Below are positions 25,037-34,824 of a stretch of 64,000 bases of DNA, piece by piece. Every line of letters begins with the position of its first letter. Position 1 is the stretch's first letter. The translations under genes were made by a program, and so were the position numbers. The DNA is from a virus. The stretch covers positions 32,001-96,000 of IMG/VR virus record IMGVR_UViG_3300035137_000026. One strand, given 5' to 3'. Below the pieces are notes generated by a model that was not told the origin of the DNA, searched no databases, and saw only the letters and a program-made list of their open reading frames with translations.

Positions 25037-25492
25037 CTAGGTACTCATCGACTCTGACTTGCAACTGTAGTTACCATTACAGTATTTATTGAGTGCAGCT
25101 GTATACTCCTTGAGTGTCCAGCTCTTGGGGATTTGGCTTGGCATGCGGTGGTGTACAGTCAGTTCTCGTTGTGTTTTGGCTGGGCGGGTCAATATCTTTA
25201 ATTGCCCACTCTCCTCGTTGATGAGACATCCAATTCTACTTGAACTGAATGTATGTGTTGAGCCATCGTATCTACGATGCTCAGTGAACTGGCTTGTGTG
25301 GATGGCTGCTACCTTCCACTTGTCTGGTGGCCACTGCTCTGGGAGAGACTTGCTCCTGTTGCGAGCACCATCTGTCCTGGCAAAGCCATCCCAGTACTTG
25401 TCCTCCTTTGCTCCAGCAATATACCTACAAGGTATCTTAGAGCCATTGGGAGTGAAGTTCTTTTGTCCCTCCAGCTTCAGTGAACCACACAT
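25037..25492 (-). CDS. Miniature SRAP/YedK-like (abasic-site-processing) protein
   Basis: N-terminal MCG, central FTEH (cf. SRAP FYEW), ILT..A and HHRMP; 151 aa. Confidence 0.55.
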   Translation of the reverse strand: MCGSLKLEGQKNFTPNGSKIPCRYIAGAKEDKYWDGFARTDGARNRSKSLPEQWPPDKWKVAAIHTSQFTEHRRYDGSTHTFSSSRIGCLINEESGQLKILTRPAKTQRELTVHHRMPSQIPKSWTLKEYTAALNKYCNGNYSCKSESMST

Positions 25493-26278
25493 GGCTTACC
25501 TCGCTGTAACAGTAGGTGGGCTGCCTTGATTCGCTGATACTTAATTGGGTTGGCTCTTAACCTTCTCATGACTCGGGCAATCCTCAGCTCGGCACACAGC
25601 TGTGTCAGCCTTGCTGCCAGTCGTGCATTGGTCATTGTCTACCTCCTACCTGTTACTTGCGGCATCTGCTGCTTCCTTTATCTTCTGGCTGACAAGTCCC
25701 ATGTCCTCTTCCGTGAAGTAGGTGATCATTGTATGTTTCTCCTATTTATTGGTAGAATGCTCTCGGTGGCTCCTCCTGAGAGTAGTACTCCACCTTGTCT
25801 GTGACGGCCTGGGTGATGAAGTTAATGAGCCATTCCTCCTCTTCATTAGGGCTATAGTAGCCATCGGGCATGACCTTGGCTGCCATTGCCATCAGTTTAG
25901 TGATCCATTCTTCTCTATTCATGACTTCTCCTTTCTAGCAGAATGCTAACAATACACTTACCAGTGTGAGGTATGCTGATGATACACCAGCCAGTACCAT
26001 AACTTGGATAAGGTACTTTCTATCTTCGGGTGTCCACATCTTAGCCTCCTGTCTGATGGCTCAACTGCCTAAGATAGGCCATCATCTGTATGATAGCCTA
26101 GGTTTAGGGAGTGGAACTGGCAGGTTAGTGGACTTTATCTATTATATCTAGGTAAGCAGCTTTATGTCTTGCTACTCTGAACATCTTGCGTCTCTCGGTG
26201 CTTCCTGGAGCGGGGTACAACACGCATACTTCAGCCCACCAGGACCTATGTCCAGGCGCTTCTTGATGTCGTTCATGA

Positions 26279-26695
26279 CTATTCCTCCAGTCCGGGGATG
26301 GAGACACGCAGCCTCTTGCCAGTGGCCTTGTCAATGATGATGAGGTACTTGTTGGTCTCGTGGTCGGCATACATGACCTCCACGTTGGTACCGATACCCG
26401 TTCCCATGTGGTAGCTGTCGTGCCAGTACGGGTTGCTGTCCTTGAGGAAGTCGGACATGGCCAACACCTTGAAACCGTTGACCTCTTTGCCGTAGTACCG
26501 CTCGATGTTGCCAGCCTCCAGCTGGTTGAACAGGTCATCGTCACCAAAGACGAACTCGGTGTTGTCATCCAGCCGGCGACAACCATACAGGCCCTCTCCG
26601 ATGTAGCCTGCTATGAACGTTGTCCCCTCGGGCAGGTCACATACCTTGTTACCTGCACTGTTCTCGACACCCTGGAAACCATTTTCACATATCAC
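26279..26695 (-). CDS. Hypothetical protein
   Basis: 138-aa ORF, visibly GC-richer than its flanks. Confidence 0.6.
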   Translation of the reverse strand: MICENGFQGVENSAGNKVCDLPEGTTFIAGYIGEGLYGCRRLDDNTEFVFGDDDLFNQLEAGNIERYYGKEVNGFKVLAMSDFLKDSNPYWHDSYHMGTGIGTNVEVMYADHETNKYLIIIDKATGKRLRVSIPGLEE

Positions 26696-26935
26696 AATGT
26701 AGCAACTTATTGCTTTCTCCTTCTATGTTGCTAGTTCTCCTGGCCTGTATCCAGGACTACTGAGGGTTGAATATATGGACCAGGTAGGGCGATGAATTTT
26801 GATTCACAGATCTCTTTAGGAGATGAGAATCATTCATGATTCAGCCTTACGTCATACCATGCCTCACAGTTAGAGGTATAGGGTATATATAGGGGATAGA
26901 CCTAGTTGAAGATGACAATATGTACTCCTTAGTGA

Positions 26936-27102
26936 CTTGAAGGCGTGATTCTTGCGTAAGCAAGAAGCATGCCTTCAAGCGAGGGAGGGCCGAAGGCCCG
27001 ACCGAGAGCTAGAAGTGACGAAGTTAGATGAAGTTTGAGTCGAAGACGGTAGATTCCCCCGTCCGGAGCAATAAGTTAGATAGAAGTACCGTACGAAGAC
27101 GG
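26936..27102. repeat. Intergenic hairpins plus an imperfect direct repeat
   Basis: Hairpin 26936-26979 (CTTGAAGGC/GCCTTCAAG and TTCTTGC-GTAA-GCAAGAA); GGGC-CGAAG-GCCC; AAGTTAGAT at 27021 and 27073; CGAAGACGG at 27041 and 27094. Confidence 0.6.
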
Positions 27103-27110
27103 CGAAAGTA

Positions 27111-27947
27111 TTAGAGTTCTTCTAATGTAGGCACCCACATAGTGGGATCTGCTTCTTGTGCTTCCATGATAGAGTAGAATGTATCTTCTACATCCTGGTG
27201 GTTGTGGCTGGCGATATATCTGGCCTGGTCCATCAGGTCTATGGCTGCCTCCATAGAGAAGCTCATATCACCACAGTAGCGATCCTCATACGAGGCCACC
27301 TTGGTGTGATTAACATGGTTGTGATTCCGCAGATTTGTGAGAGTGGAGTGCCAATCTCCCTTGGGGCAGCGCTTAGCCAGTCTGTAGCATACAGCCAGAC
27401 CACACTGGATATAGTAGTACCAGCTGATAGTCTTGCTAGCGTGCATATCCTCAAGGACATCCATGGCTATGGCCAGCTCAGGGAGAGACATTCTGTCAAT
27501 GTACATCTCAAGATAGTTGTACATGGCCGCTCCAGGGGAGAGCGTATCACAGGCATCCTCTTCCTCAGCGAGGTAGGCCATATCCACAGAGTGGCAGTAC
27601 TCTTCCAGTTCCGCCTTAAGGCGAATGCCTCTCTGTATAGCACGATCTGCCTTTTTACTAGACAGATACTTACCATCACGGTAGTAGTTCTTTAGGCAGA
27701 ACTCCCTCAGTTCATCCAGCTCATCCAGCTGGTCCTGTATATCGGTCTCTGCATCTACCAGGGCAAGAGGCACTTCCCTATTGTAGAACCAGCCGAATAT
27801 GTCACCACAGGAGGAGCCGTCCACCAGGACCTGCTCGAACTCACGCTCTTGCAGGGTGGGCCATTCCTCATCCTCTACTACAGTCAGCCCATGTACTTCC
27901 TGCTCACACAGGGGGAGTACAATGTTGTTCCTTGTCTTGATAGTCAT
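27111..27947 (-). CDS. Hypothetical acidic protein, 278 aa
   Basis: Long ORF with AGGT SD. Confidence 0.7.
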   Translation of the reverse strand: MTIKTRNNIVLPLCEQEVHGLTVVEDEEWPTLQEREFEQVLVDGSSCGDIFGWFYNREVPLALVDAETDIQDQLDELDELREFCLKNYYRDGKYLSSKKADRAIQRGIRLKAELEEYCHSVDMAYLAEEEDACDTLSPGAAMYNYLEMYIDRMSLPELAIAMDVLEDMHASKTISWYYYIQCGLAVCYRLAKRCPKGDWHSTLTNLRNHNHVNHTKVASYEDRYCGDMSFSMEAAIDLMDQARYIASHNHQDVEDTFYSIMEAQEADPTMWVPTLEEL

Positions 27948-27992
27948 TGTGATCTACCTTTCTGCCCCAGATGTGGGGCTTGCTATATAGGA

Positions 27993-28412
27993 TTACCTAC
28001 ACTGGGCCATAGGCACACTGGCCTTGCCCCTCTCTACGAACATGGCCATACAGGCTACCATGGTAGGTATACCAGGCTTTACGTCATGCTGTACTGGATA
28101 GGTAGGTGCATCATGTTGTTGGGTGTAGGTGATAGGCTTACCCATGGGTGCGGGTGCCTTCTTCTTAGGCAGGGCGCTACATACCCTACCCTCTACCTGC
28201 TTGGCAGTACTAGCCTTCTCTACTACTGCCTCTACCATAGGCTTGTTCTTCTGCTTGACTACACTACTAGCCAAGCTAATACGACCATCTACTACCTCAT
28301 CCATGGTATGCTTACTACCACACATACCCATGATCTTAGCCTCTGCTACACTGGTAGCTTCTGTGTACTTAGATACTACATGGTTGAGAATACTCTTGAT
28401 GTTGATCTTCAT
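27993..28412 (-). CDS. Hypothetical protein
   Basis: AAGGA SD; 139 aa. Confidence 0.55.
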   Translation of the reverse strand: MKINIKSILNHVVSKYTEATSVAEAKIMGMCGSKHTMDEVVDGRISLASSVVKQKNKPMVEAVVEKASTAKQVEGRVCSALPKKKAPAPMGKPITYTQQHDAPTYPVQHDVKPGIPTMVACMAMFVERGKASVPMAQCR

Positions 28413-29345
28413 TGTTCTTTCCTTTCTCTTGTTGATGATTACTCGTCCAAGTGAACCATCTTGAATGCAGAGATAGAACGAATACGGTCTACCTCATCTG
28501 CTTTGAAGTGTAGGGCATCAATTGCCTGACCGATCTCATCTTCGCTAGGAAGACTAGCGTTGATAATCTCATCGATCCAGCTCATGATTTCTTCTTGTTT
28601 TTGCCTTGACATGGCAATGTCCTTTCTGGGGATGAACCCCTTTGTTCCATAGAAGACCCGTGGGCTCCGAAAGATTAGTGGGACTCCTACTCATCATTAT
28701 CATTACTAGGTATCCAGCTATTTTTTCTTGATTCGTTTCCATATAGGAATCTTTATATCTCGGGCAGGTATATGTCATACTTTTATAAGGCGCACATCTA
28801 AAAAATATTTTTTATCGGAGGAGTTGATATATATGATTTTTAAAGGTGGAGTAATTGTCTATGGTAGAGTAGGGGAGGTTCTAGTGTCGGTATTCCTGCT
28901 CGAGCGGCGACAACACAATACAGTATGACAATCTACATTAATGCTACCAGTGGCGATGACACTACTGGAAACTAGCAGGGCCATATACTACTGTCAACAC
29001 AGCCACCACTAACACCTACTTCACTCGTGAGACGGATACGATATTGCCTTATGTGATGCAGGTATTTTACAAGACAAAGCAACAGCTTGAAGCCATGGGG
29101 ATTAACATCAGGAAGCGCCCGTTACGAGTTGCCAAGCCAAATCCATTTCCAGCAAACGATTACGGATGCACACCTCCTGCTGACTGGAATGGCTAAGATC
29201 TTGAGTTTTTAGATATGCGAACCAGAGTACAAAATCACAACAAAATTTTTCTTAATTTGTCTATATAAAGACGAATACGATATTGTGCTATACTTGTAGT
29301 CATAACGGGCACAAAAATCCGTCTATACTACAGGAGGTTCAAAAT

Positions 29346-29729
29346 ATGGGAAATAGCGGCAAACAATCTATGCATTCTTCAATCCCCCGACAGACATCTG
29401 CATCCATTGCAGTTGACAGAGCCTTGTACAAGAGATTGTCGGATTGGCCTAAAGTTCTAGCAGTCTTTCTAACCATCGTTGGTATGGCTGTAGGTATGGC
29501 GGTATGGGCAAGTAACTCTCATGCAGAAATAAAAGGCTGGACAGCCGAACAGGACTATGTTACAAAGACAGAGTTGAAAGAGACAATGAAGGAACAGTAT
29601 GTTCCTCTACATGAGTTTACGAAGGTAAAGCAGAGTCTAGAAGATTTGAAGGAAGACTCAAGGCAGATCGAAAAGAAGCTTGACAAAGTTCTCGACAAGC
29701 TAAGCGAGATCAAGCGATACAGGAAATAG
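29346..29729 (+). CDS. Single-TM coiled-coil protein (holin/XhlA-like architecture)
   Basis: CAGGAGG SD; TM VLAVFLTIVGMAVGMAVWA then heptad repeats. Confidence 0.55.
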   Translation: MGNSGKQSMHSSIPRQTSASIAVDRALYKRLSDWPKVLAVFLTIVGMAVGMAVWASNSHAEIKGWTAEQDYVTKTELKETMKEQYVPLHEFTKVKQSLEDLKEDSRQIEKKLDKVLDKLSEIKRYRK

Positions 29730-29731
29730 CC

Positions 29732-30019
29732 GTGACAACAGACCGCACCATGATGAACCTTTCTCAGTTCCGAGACAATCTAAGACAACTACTCAATCCT
29801 GAAGTCCTGAGACATATGGCTGACTTCTTAGAGGCCACAGGCTCGCAGGATGACAATAATATGCTAGCCCGCTACAAGTGGTTCTGTGAGAACGGAGAGA
29901 ACGGTCCTGACTGTAGGTATGCAGTAATGGCCAAGGAGTTCTTTCTTCGGGACCAGGCAAGCGATGCTGCCAAAGCCTTAAACTGGCTCTACCACAATTG
30001 GTCAAAACATTACGAATAA
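29732..30019 (+). CDS. Hypothetical protein
   Basis: 95-aa tiled ORF. Confidence 0.55.
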   Translation: MTTDRTMMNLSQFRDNLRQLLNPEVLRHMADFLEATGSQDDNNMLARYKWFCENGENGPDCRYAVMAKEFFLRDQASDAAKALNWLYHNWSKHYE

Positions 30020-30033
30020 CACAGGAGTTTTAC

Positions 30034-30429
30034 ATGAAGGACATTAAAGTCATTGAGGAGTGGATTCTGGTCAAGCCTGAAGAAGAGGGTGAAAAGATCA
30101 CCAAGGGAGGTATTGTTATCCCAGAGAAGGCTAATAAGCCCCAAGTGAAGCGAGCCCAGGTTATTCAGATTAGTGATGATGTGCCTCGGCTTCTGAGAGA
30201 AGAAAAGGGACCTGATGCTAAGATGGAGTATGGTGTTGGTGACACAGTACTCTTCTATGGCAAGACGGGTATTCCTATCGAAGAAGGCAAAGATAAGTAC
30301 ATGTTCCTGAAATGGGACGGTATGTTGGCTATTAGTCTGGTTCCAGTCGATGAGCCGCATATGTTAATCCCAATCTCAGACGAGATAGACGATTTGCGTC
30401 CACCGGAGGAAGAGGATGAAGAGGATTAG
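30034..30429 (+). CDS. groES: Co-chaperonin GroES/Cpn10
   Basis: WILVKP...EKITKGGIVIPEKA mobile loop, GVGDTVLF, Y.FL..D.MLA; acidic C-terminal extension. Confidence 0.88.
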   Translation: MKDIKVIEEWILVKPEEEGEKITKGGIVIPEKANKPQVKRAQVIQISDDVPRLLREEKGPDAKMEYGVGDTVLFYGKTGIPIEEGKDKYMFLKWDGMLAISLVPVDEPHMLIPISDEIDDLRPPEEEDEED

Positions 30430-30835
30430 AATCGATCCCATGGAGTATCCCTTGAAGAAGGGGGAGTTGTGGTGGATAGTTCATCCGAACGTTGCCACAG
30501 CTGAGTTCCGTGTACCTCATGGTGGAATTACGCTCTGCACGAAAGATTTTCTTACCTTTAGGCAGAATGTAGTTTACTCTGTTGTGGGGGCTGACAATCA
30601 CAATGGTTGGGTGACAGTAGTTGAGGATGGCAATCTGTATGATATGCCACAGTACTTGTTTGCCAGGTACTTTGATGCTGAAGCATTCGTGGTTGGGATT
30701 ATGGATCAGGTCGAGTTTGAAAAGGCCAAGCCGTTCAATTATAGATCTACCATTCCTGGAAAACCTAAGGAAATGGAAGTCTTCACGGACGGGCCAGTGA
30801 AACAGTCTACGACTACTTTGGGAGATGATAGTTAA
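30416..30835 (+). CDS. Hypothetical protein
   Basis: 139-aa tiled ORF. Confidence 0.65.
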   Translation: MKRIRIDPMEYPLKKGELWWIVHPNVATAEFRVPHGGITLCTKDFLTFRQNVVYSVVGADNHNGWVTVVEDGNLYDMPQYLFARYFDAEAFVVGIMDQVEFEKAKPFNYRSTIPGKPKEMEVFTDGPVKQSTTTLGDDS

Positions 30836-31656
30836 TGGGCGGTAAAGGTTCAGGTACACCGAAAGCTGCATTATTGAAGCTAGACGGTACACAGATTGAT
30901 AAGTATGGCCAGGTAAGCCAGTCTACCTTCTTTGAATTCCTTGATACTCCTGTGGAGCAGATGAGGAATCTAGAGAAGACGATGACTCCAGAGCAGGCCC
31001 TTAAGTTCCGCAATCATATTAACAGGATGGGTGTTGGAACCTCAGCAATCATGCCTATGCTCTGTGGTGGCAAGAAGTGTCCTATGAAGCTGTGTCCTTT
31101 CCACGAGGGTAGCGGCGGGTATCCGATAGGTGATCCGTGTCCTCTCGAGGCCAATCTTATTGCCAACTGGACAAAGAGCTATATCGAGGATTTATCTGTA
31201 GATATTGAGAGCCGTTCTGAGATGATCTTGGTGAATAAACTGGTAGAGTGTGACATAATTGATATGAGAGCCAATATTGGTCTTGGAGCCGACGAAGAAG
31301 GCTGGACCTTACTGAAGGTTGATATTACTGTCAGCGACAAGGGAACCGCCGAGATGACGAATGCTCATCCACTTCTTGAAGTAAAGGATAGAGTACAGCG
31401 ATCAAGGGAAAGAGTTCTTGAGTCATTAGCTGCTACACGTAAAGAGAAGTACAAGCGTGCTGCGGCTCTCAAGAAGCGTGAGGACGAGGATATTGGTACT
31501 CACTTCGACAACCTTAAAAAAGCCCTTGGTGTGGCCAGTAGTAGAGCTAAGGGAGCCTCTATCGAGCAGCTCAAGGCTGATGCCGATAAGATGACCAAAG
31601 AAGATAAAGAAAAGAATATTGAGGATGCTGACTGGACCACCGAAGAAGAATTGTAG
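30835..31656 (+). CDS. Putative terminase small subunit
   Basis: MGGKGSG N-terminus, helical core, position upstream of TerL; family not confirmed. Confidence 0.35.
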   Translation: MGGKGSGTPKAALLKLDGTQIDKYGQVSQSTFFEFLDTPVEQMRNLEKTMTPEQALKFRNHINRMGVGTSAIMPMLCGGKKCPMKLCPFHEGSGGYPIGDPCPLEANLIANWTKSYIEDLSVDIESRSEMILVNKLVECDIIDMRANIGLGADEEGWTLLKVDITVSDKGTAEMTNAHPLLEVKDRVQRSRERVLESLAATRKEKYKRAAALKKREDEDIGTHFDNLKKALGVASSRAKGASIEQLKADADKMTKEDKEKNIEDADWTTEEEL

Positions 31657-31666
31657 GTGATCCCTT

Positions 31667-33892
31667 GTGGCTATTTCACAACTGGAGGAAAAACTTCTAG
31701 AGAAAGACTATCTTCGCTGGCAGGCTAGAGAAATTGAAGCCGGCCGGATGAAGCGACCTCCAGCCCCTCCCTATGACCCTTCTAAGAAGTACGTATCTCC
31801 TCTATTAGAGTCCAACCGTAGAAAGCTTGGAGTTCCCCTCGAGGAATTACAGGATGAACTTGACCAAATTAGGCGTGCTAGATCCACGGGTCAAACTGTC
31901 GATTATAGTAAAGCACTTCGGGTGGGCGATGAAATTGCTCGGCTAAAGCAGCAAGAGGCAGACATGGCCTGGGCTCTTCGAGAGCAGGCAGAATATGAAG
32001 AATTTGTCCGAGGCCCTCGGGGCACCACCTTCACCCAACCAGCTACCAAGCCACATCCTTTGAAACGAGCAAAAGGCTGGTGGAAGAAGCTCGGTACACG
32101 AAAGAAACTCCTCTTTGGTGGCGCTGGTATTGTAGCAGCTACCCTGGCCTTTGGTGGCAAGGAAAACCATAATACTATTGAAGGGTTGCATCCATTCTCT
32201 GATGGTATGGGTACTGAGATGCTCCGTGAAATCTCTGACTTCGGTTCTGGCTTTGTTGGTCTTCGTGGAATGCTGATAGGTGAGATTACTGCCATAATGA
32301 GGGCAGGCCAGGAACAGATGTACAAGGAGGGTTTTGGAGCCTATCAGCTATATGAATGGGAGAGAACTAGAGGTGCTAGAGAGACTTTAAGCCGCTTTAC
32401 CGAGCACAAGGAGAATCAGCTGAAGTTTCCTGCTATGGGTGATAGAACTAGCTTTGCTGCTCATATGAGAGGCGAAATTACTGAGTTTAAAGAAGACTTT
32501 GCTTCTAGATGGGATCCTCTTAGAAAGCTGGCTACTAAGCTTTATGGCAAGACAAGCAATGATGCTCTTGAGACGTTAACAACTAGACCTGAGTTTAGGA
32601 CTGCTGTAAGCACAGCTCTAAAGGGAGAAGGCAAGTTACTTGGGAGAGGTCAGATGGGTGAGGCTCGAGCTTATGTAGGAGAAATGGTTCTCGAAGGGCA
32701 AAAACATAAGTTTGAGTTTGTGGCCAAGCGTACTTTGCAGCAAGGAGCCAGAACTGCTTCGGCTATCGAAAGAGAATCTGACCTTCTAGGTAAGTATGCT
32801 GTGGCTGAGGCTCAAGCCATGAGAAAGCTTGGTGCTGAGCGGACACCATCTCTCTATGGTACAGGATTGTCTTTCTGTGTAGATAGAAACACACTTATCA
32901 TGGAGAAGTTCCAGCTGACTAAGCCTCTAATAGAGACAAAGAAGATAAAACTACCGAGTGGTCTGGAAGTTACCAAGGATGTTGCAGAGAATCCACTATC
33001 AGCTGATGAGCTAGTAGACTTAAAGTCTTTCATGAAGTCAGCACACAAAAAGGGTATTACGCATACCGATATGCATGCTGACAACGTAGTTCGTGTTATC
33101 AATCCAGAAACAGGTAAAGCTGAAGTTGCTGTGCTTGACTGGGGTATGGCCAACAGGTTTGAAGCCGTTGGCGGAATTGGTGGCACGCAGGCTCATGTTA
33201 TGGAAACTGGCGCTGCGGCAGTACTCGAATCACTAGTATCCAGGAAACTTGGTCGACAGGTCGGAGCAACTGAGTTTTCACAAGTAGCTGATATGCTTAG
33301 GGTTGAGGCTCATGCTGTTGGCACTAAGGCTAGCAGATCTTCTCGTCAAGCAGTTAATGCTGTTTATCAGTTTGCTAACAAGCAAACCGAACTGAAAAAT
33401 GCTATTGACGAGTTGAACCACCTGAAACACTTGGCAGATGATACGTCTCCAGCATTCATCGACGCAGCTGAAAAAGCAGTAGTACAGAAGCAGGCTGCCA
33501 TGGATGAAGCCAGTAATCTTCTTCACGAGGTAGCTGATACTGTCTCTGGCTATATCCTCAAGGGCGAACGTGCACCATCTGTTGTCAGGAAAACAGTGGC
33601 AGATATCTTGCCTGATAATACTACTGGCTTGAAAAAAACTTTTGACAGGGTTGTTAAGCGAGAGGAGACTGCATATGCTCGGACTGAGCTGATGACAGCC
33701 ATGAGAGATACAGAAGTGGCTCCTGGTACTACAGCTTCGACAATGGCACTTAGAGCAAAGAAAGCTGCTGTTGAAAGAAACCGGAGATTTGAGGAACTTA
33801 CACGTAGAACTGTCGGTGCTGGGCTTAGAAAATCAGCTACTGCTACCAAGGGACACACTGACTTCGGATCAACTCGCTCGACAGTGGTTTAA
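31667..33892 (+). CDS. 741-aa protein with an internal Ser/Thr protein kinase domain
   Basis: LLGRGQMGEA Gly loop, FVAKR Lys, alphaC Glu, LIMEKF, HTDMHADN catalytic loop, VLDWGMA; GTG start. Confidence 0.8.
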   Translation: MAISQLEEKLLEKDYLRWQAREIEAGRMKRPPAPPYDPSKKYVSPLLESNRRKLGVPLEELQDELDQIRRARSTGQTVDYSKALRVGDEIARLKQQEADMAWALREQAEYEEFVRGPRGTTFTQPATKPHPLKRAKGWWKKLGTRKKLLFGGAGIVAATLAFGGKENHNTIEGLHPFSDGMGTEMLREISDFGSGFVGLRGMLIGEITAIMRAGQEQMYKEGFGAYQLYEWERTRGARETLSRFTEHKENQLKFPAMGDRTSFAAHMRGEITEFKEDFASRWDPLRKLATKLYGKTSNDALETLTTRPEFRTAVSTALKGEGKLLGRGQMGEARAYVGEMVLEGQKHKFEFVAKRTLQQGARTASAIERESDLLGKYAVAEAQAMRKLGAERTPSLYGTGLSFCVDRNTLIMEKFQLTKPLIETKKIKLPSGLEVTKDVAENPLSADELVDLKSFMKSAHKKGITHTDMHADNVVRVINPETGKAEVAVLDWGMANRFEAVGGIGGTQAHVMETGAAAVLESLVSRKLGRQVGATEFSQVADMLRVEAHAVGTKASRSSRQAVNAVYQFANKQTELKNAIDELNHLKHLADDTSPAFIDAAEKAVVQKQAAMDEASNLLHEVADTVSGYILKGERAPSVVRKTVADILPDNTTGLKKTFDRVVKREETAYARTELMTAMRDTEVAPGTTASTMALRAKKAAVERNRRFEELTRRTVGAGLRKSATATKGHTDFGSTRSTVV

Positions 33893-33942
33893 TAACATAT
33901 TATAATAAATACGTATAACTCTATCTAGGAGAGTGATCAAAT

Positions 33943-34407
33943 ATGGGATTTTTCGGAATGAGTATGCTGGGTAGAGCTGGCATTGGTGCTGTTGGTGGCG
34001 GTGTTCTAGGAGGTATGACCGAGGGCGGAAGTGTTCTTGGTGGTGCACTCGGCGGAGCTGCTGCTGGAGCAGCTATGACACCCGGTAATATCGGCCGGCT
34101 AAGAGGTCGTTTGGGTTCTGTTGCTGGCGCACTACGAGGCGGCTTAGGTCGAGCCGGTACTTTGTCTACCAGAATGGCTAATCGAGGTTTCGGCATGCTA
34201 GATGGTGGACCAATTGCTTCTAATCTAGGAGCGGGCATGGCCTTTGTGGGTCAGCGTGGTGCCGGCCTGGCAGGAAGAGCAGCTAGTTTTATCGGTCAGA
34301 ACTCGGTAGCCATCAACAAATATGGCCCAGCCGCCCTAGCTGGTTTGGGCATGGGCTCGATAGCTATGATTGGCTCTAGTGTCCTTGGTTCAAATAGGGG
34401 GTACTAA
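33943..34407 (+). CDS. Glycine-zipper protein, paralog 1
   Basis: GxxxG repeats; ends INKYG.AAL.GLG...IGSSVLGSNRGY. Confidence 0.75.
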   Translation: MGFFGMSMLGRAGIGAVGGGVLGGMTEGGSVLGGALGGAAAGAAMTPGNIGRLRGRLGSVAGALRGGLGRAGTLSTRMANRGFGMLDGGPIASNLGAGMAFVGQRGAGLAGRAASFIGQNSVAINKYGPAALAGLGMGSIAMIGSSVLGSNRGY

Positions 34408-34824
34408 ATGGGCTTCTTTGGTAGGACATTAGCAGGAGCTGCTGGTGGTGCTATCATTGGTGGCACAACTACACAAAGTTGGGGTGGCGCTGGATATGGT
34501 GCTGCTTTTGGAGCTGGCACTGCAGGCATGGGTCCTATGGTTGGTCGTCGTATAATGGCTGGGCGCACAGGACCTGTGGGCATAGCAGCAAGCGGACTCG
34601 GTATGCTAGGCGATGCTGCTTTGCGTGGCACCTCTAGACTAGGTAACCGAACGCTGTTCAATGCTGCCAGAGGAATGGACAGAGGACTTACCCAGGCGGC
34701 TGCCTTCCTAGGGAAGAACCAAGTCTTCATCAATAAATATGGAGGTGCAGCTCTTCTTGGCCTGGGCACCGCAGCCAGCGCACACATTGGCTCGTCGGTA
34801 CTCGCATCTAATAGAGGCTACTAA
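34408..34824 (+). CDS. Glycine-zipper protein, paralog 2
   Basis: Starts MGFFG and ends INKYGGAALLGLG...IGSSVLASNRGY like paralog 1. Confidence 0.75.
   Translation: MGFFGRTLAGAAGGAIIGGTTTQSWGGAGYGAAFGAGTAGMGPMVGRRIMAGRTGPVGIAASGLGMLGDAALRGTSRLGNRTLFNAARGMDRGLTQAAAFLGKNQVFINKYGGAALLGLGTAASAHIGSSVLASNRGY

Noticed and set aside
26125-26277. Possible frameshifted small gene MNDIKKRLDIGPGGLK...PAPGSTERRKMFRVARHK
   Set aside because: Plausible one-base deletion, but the join rests only on a recalled motif and cannot be supported without a homolog
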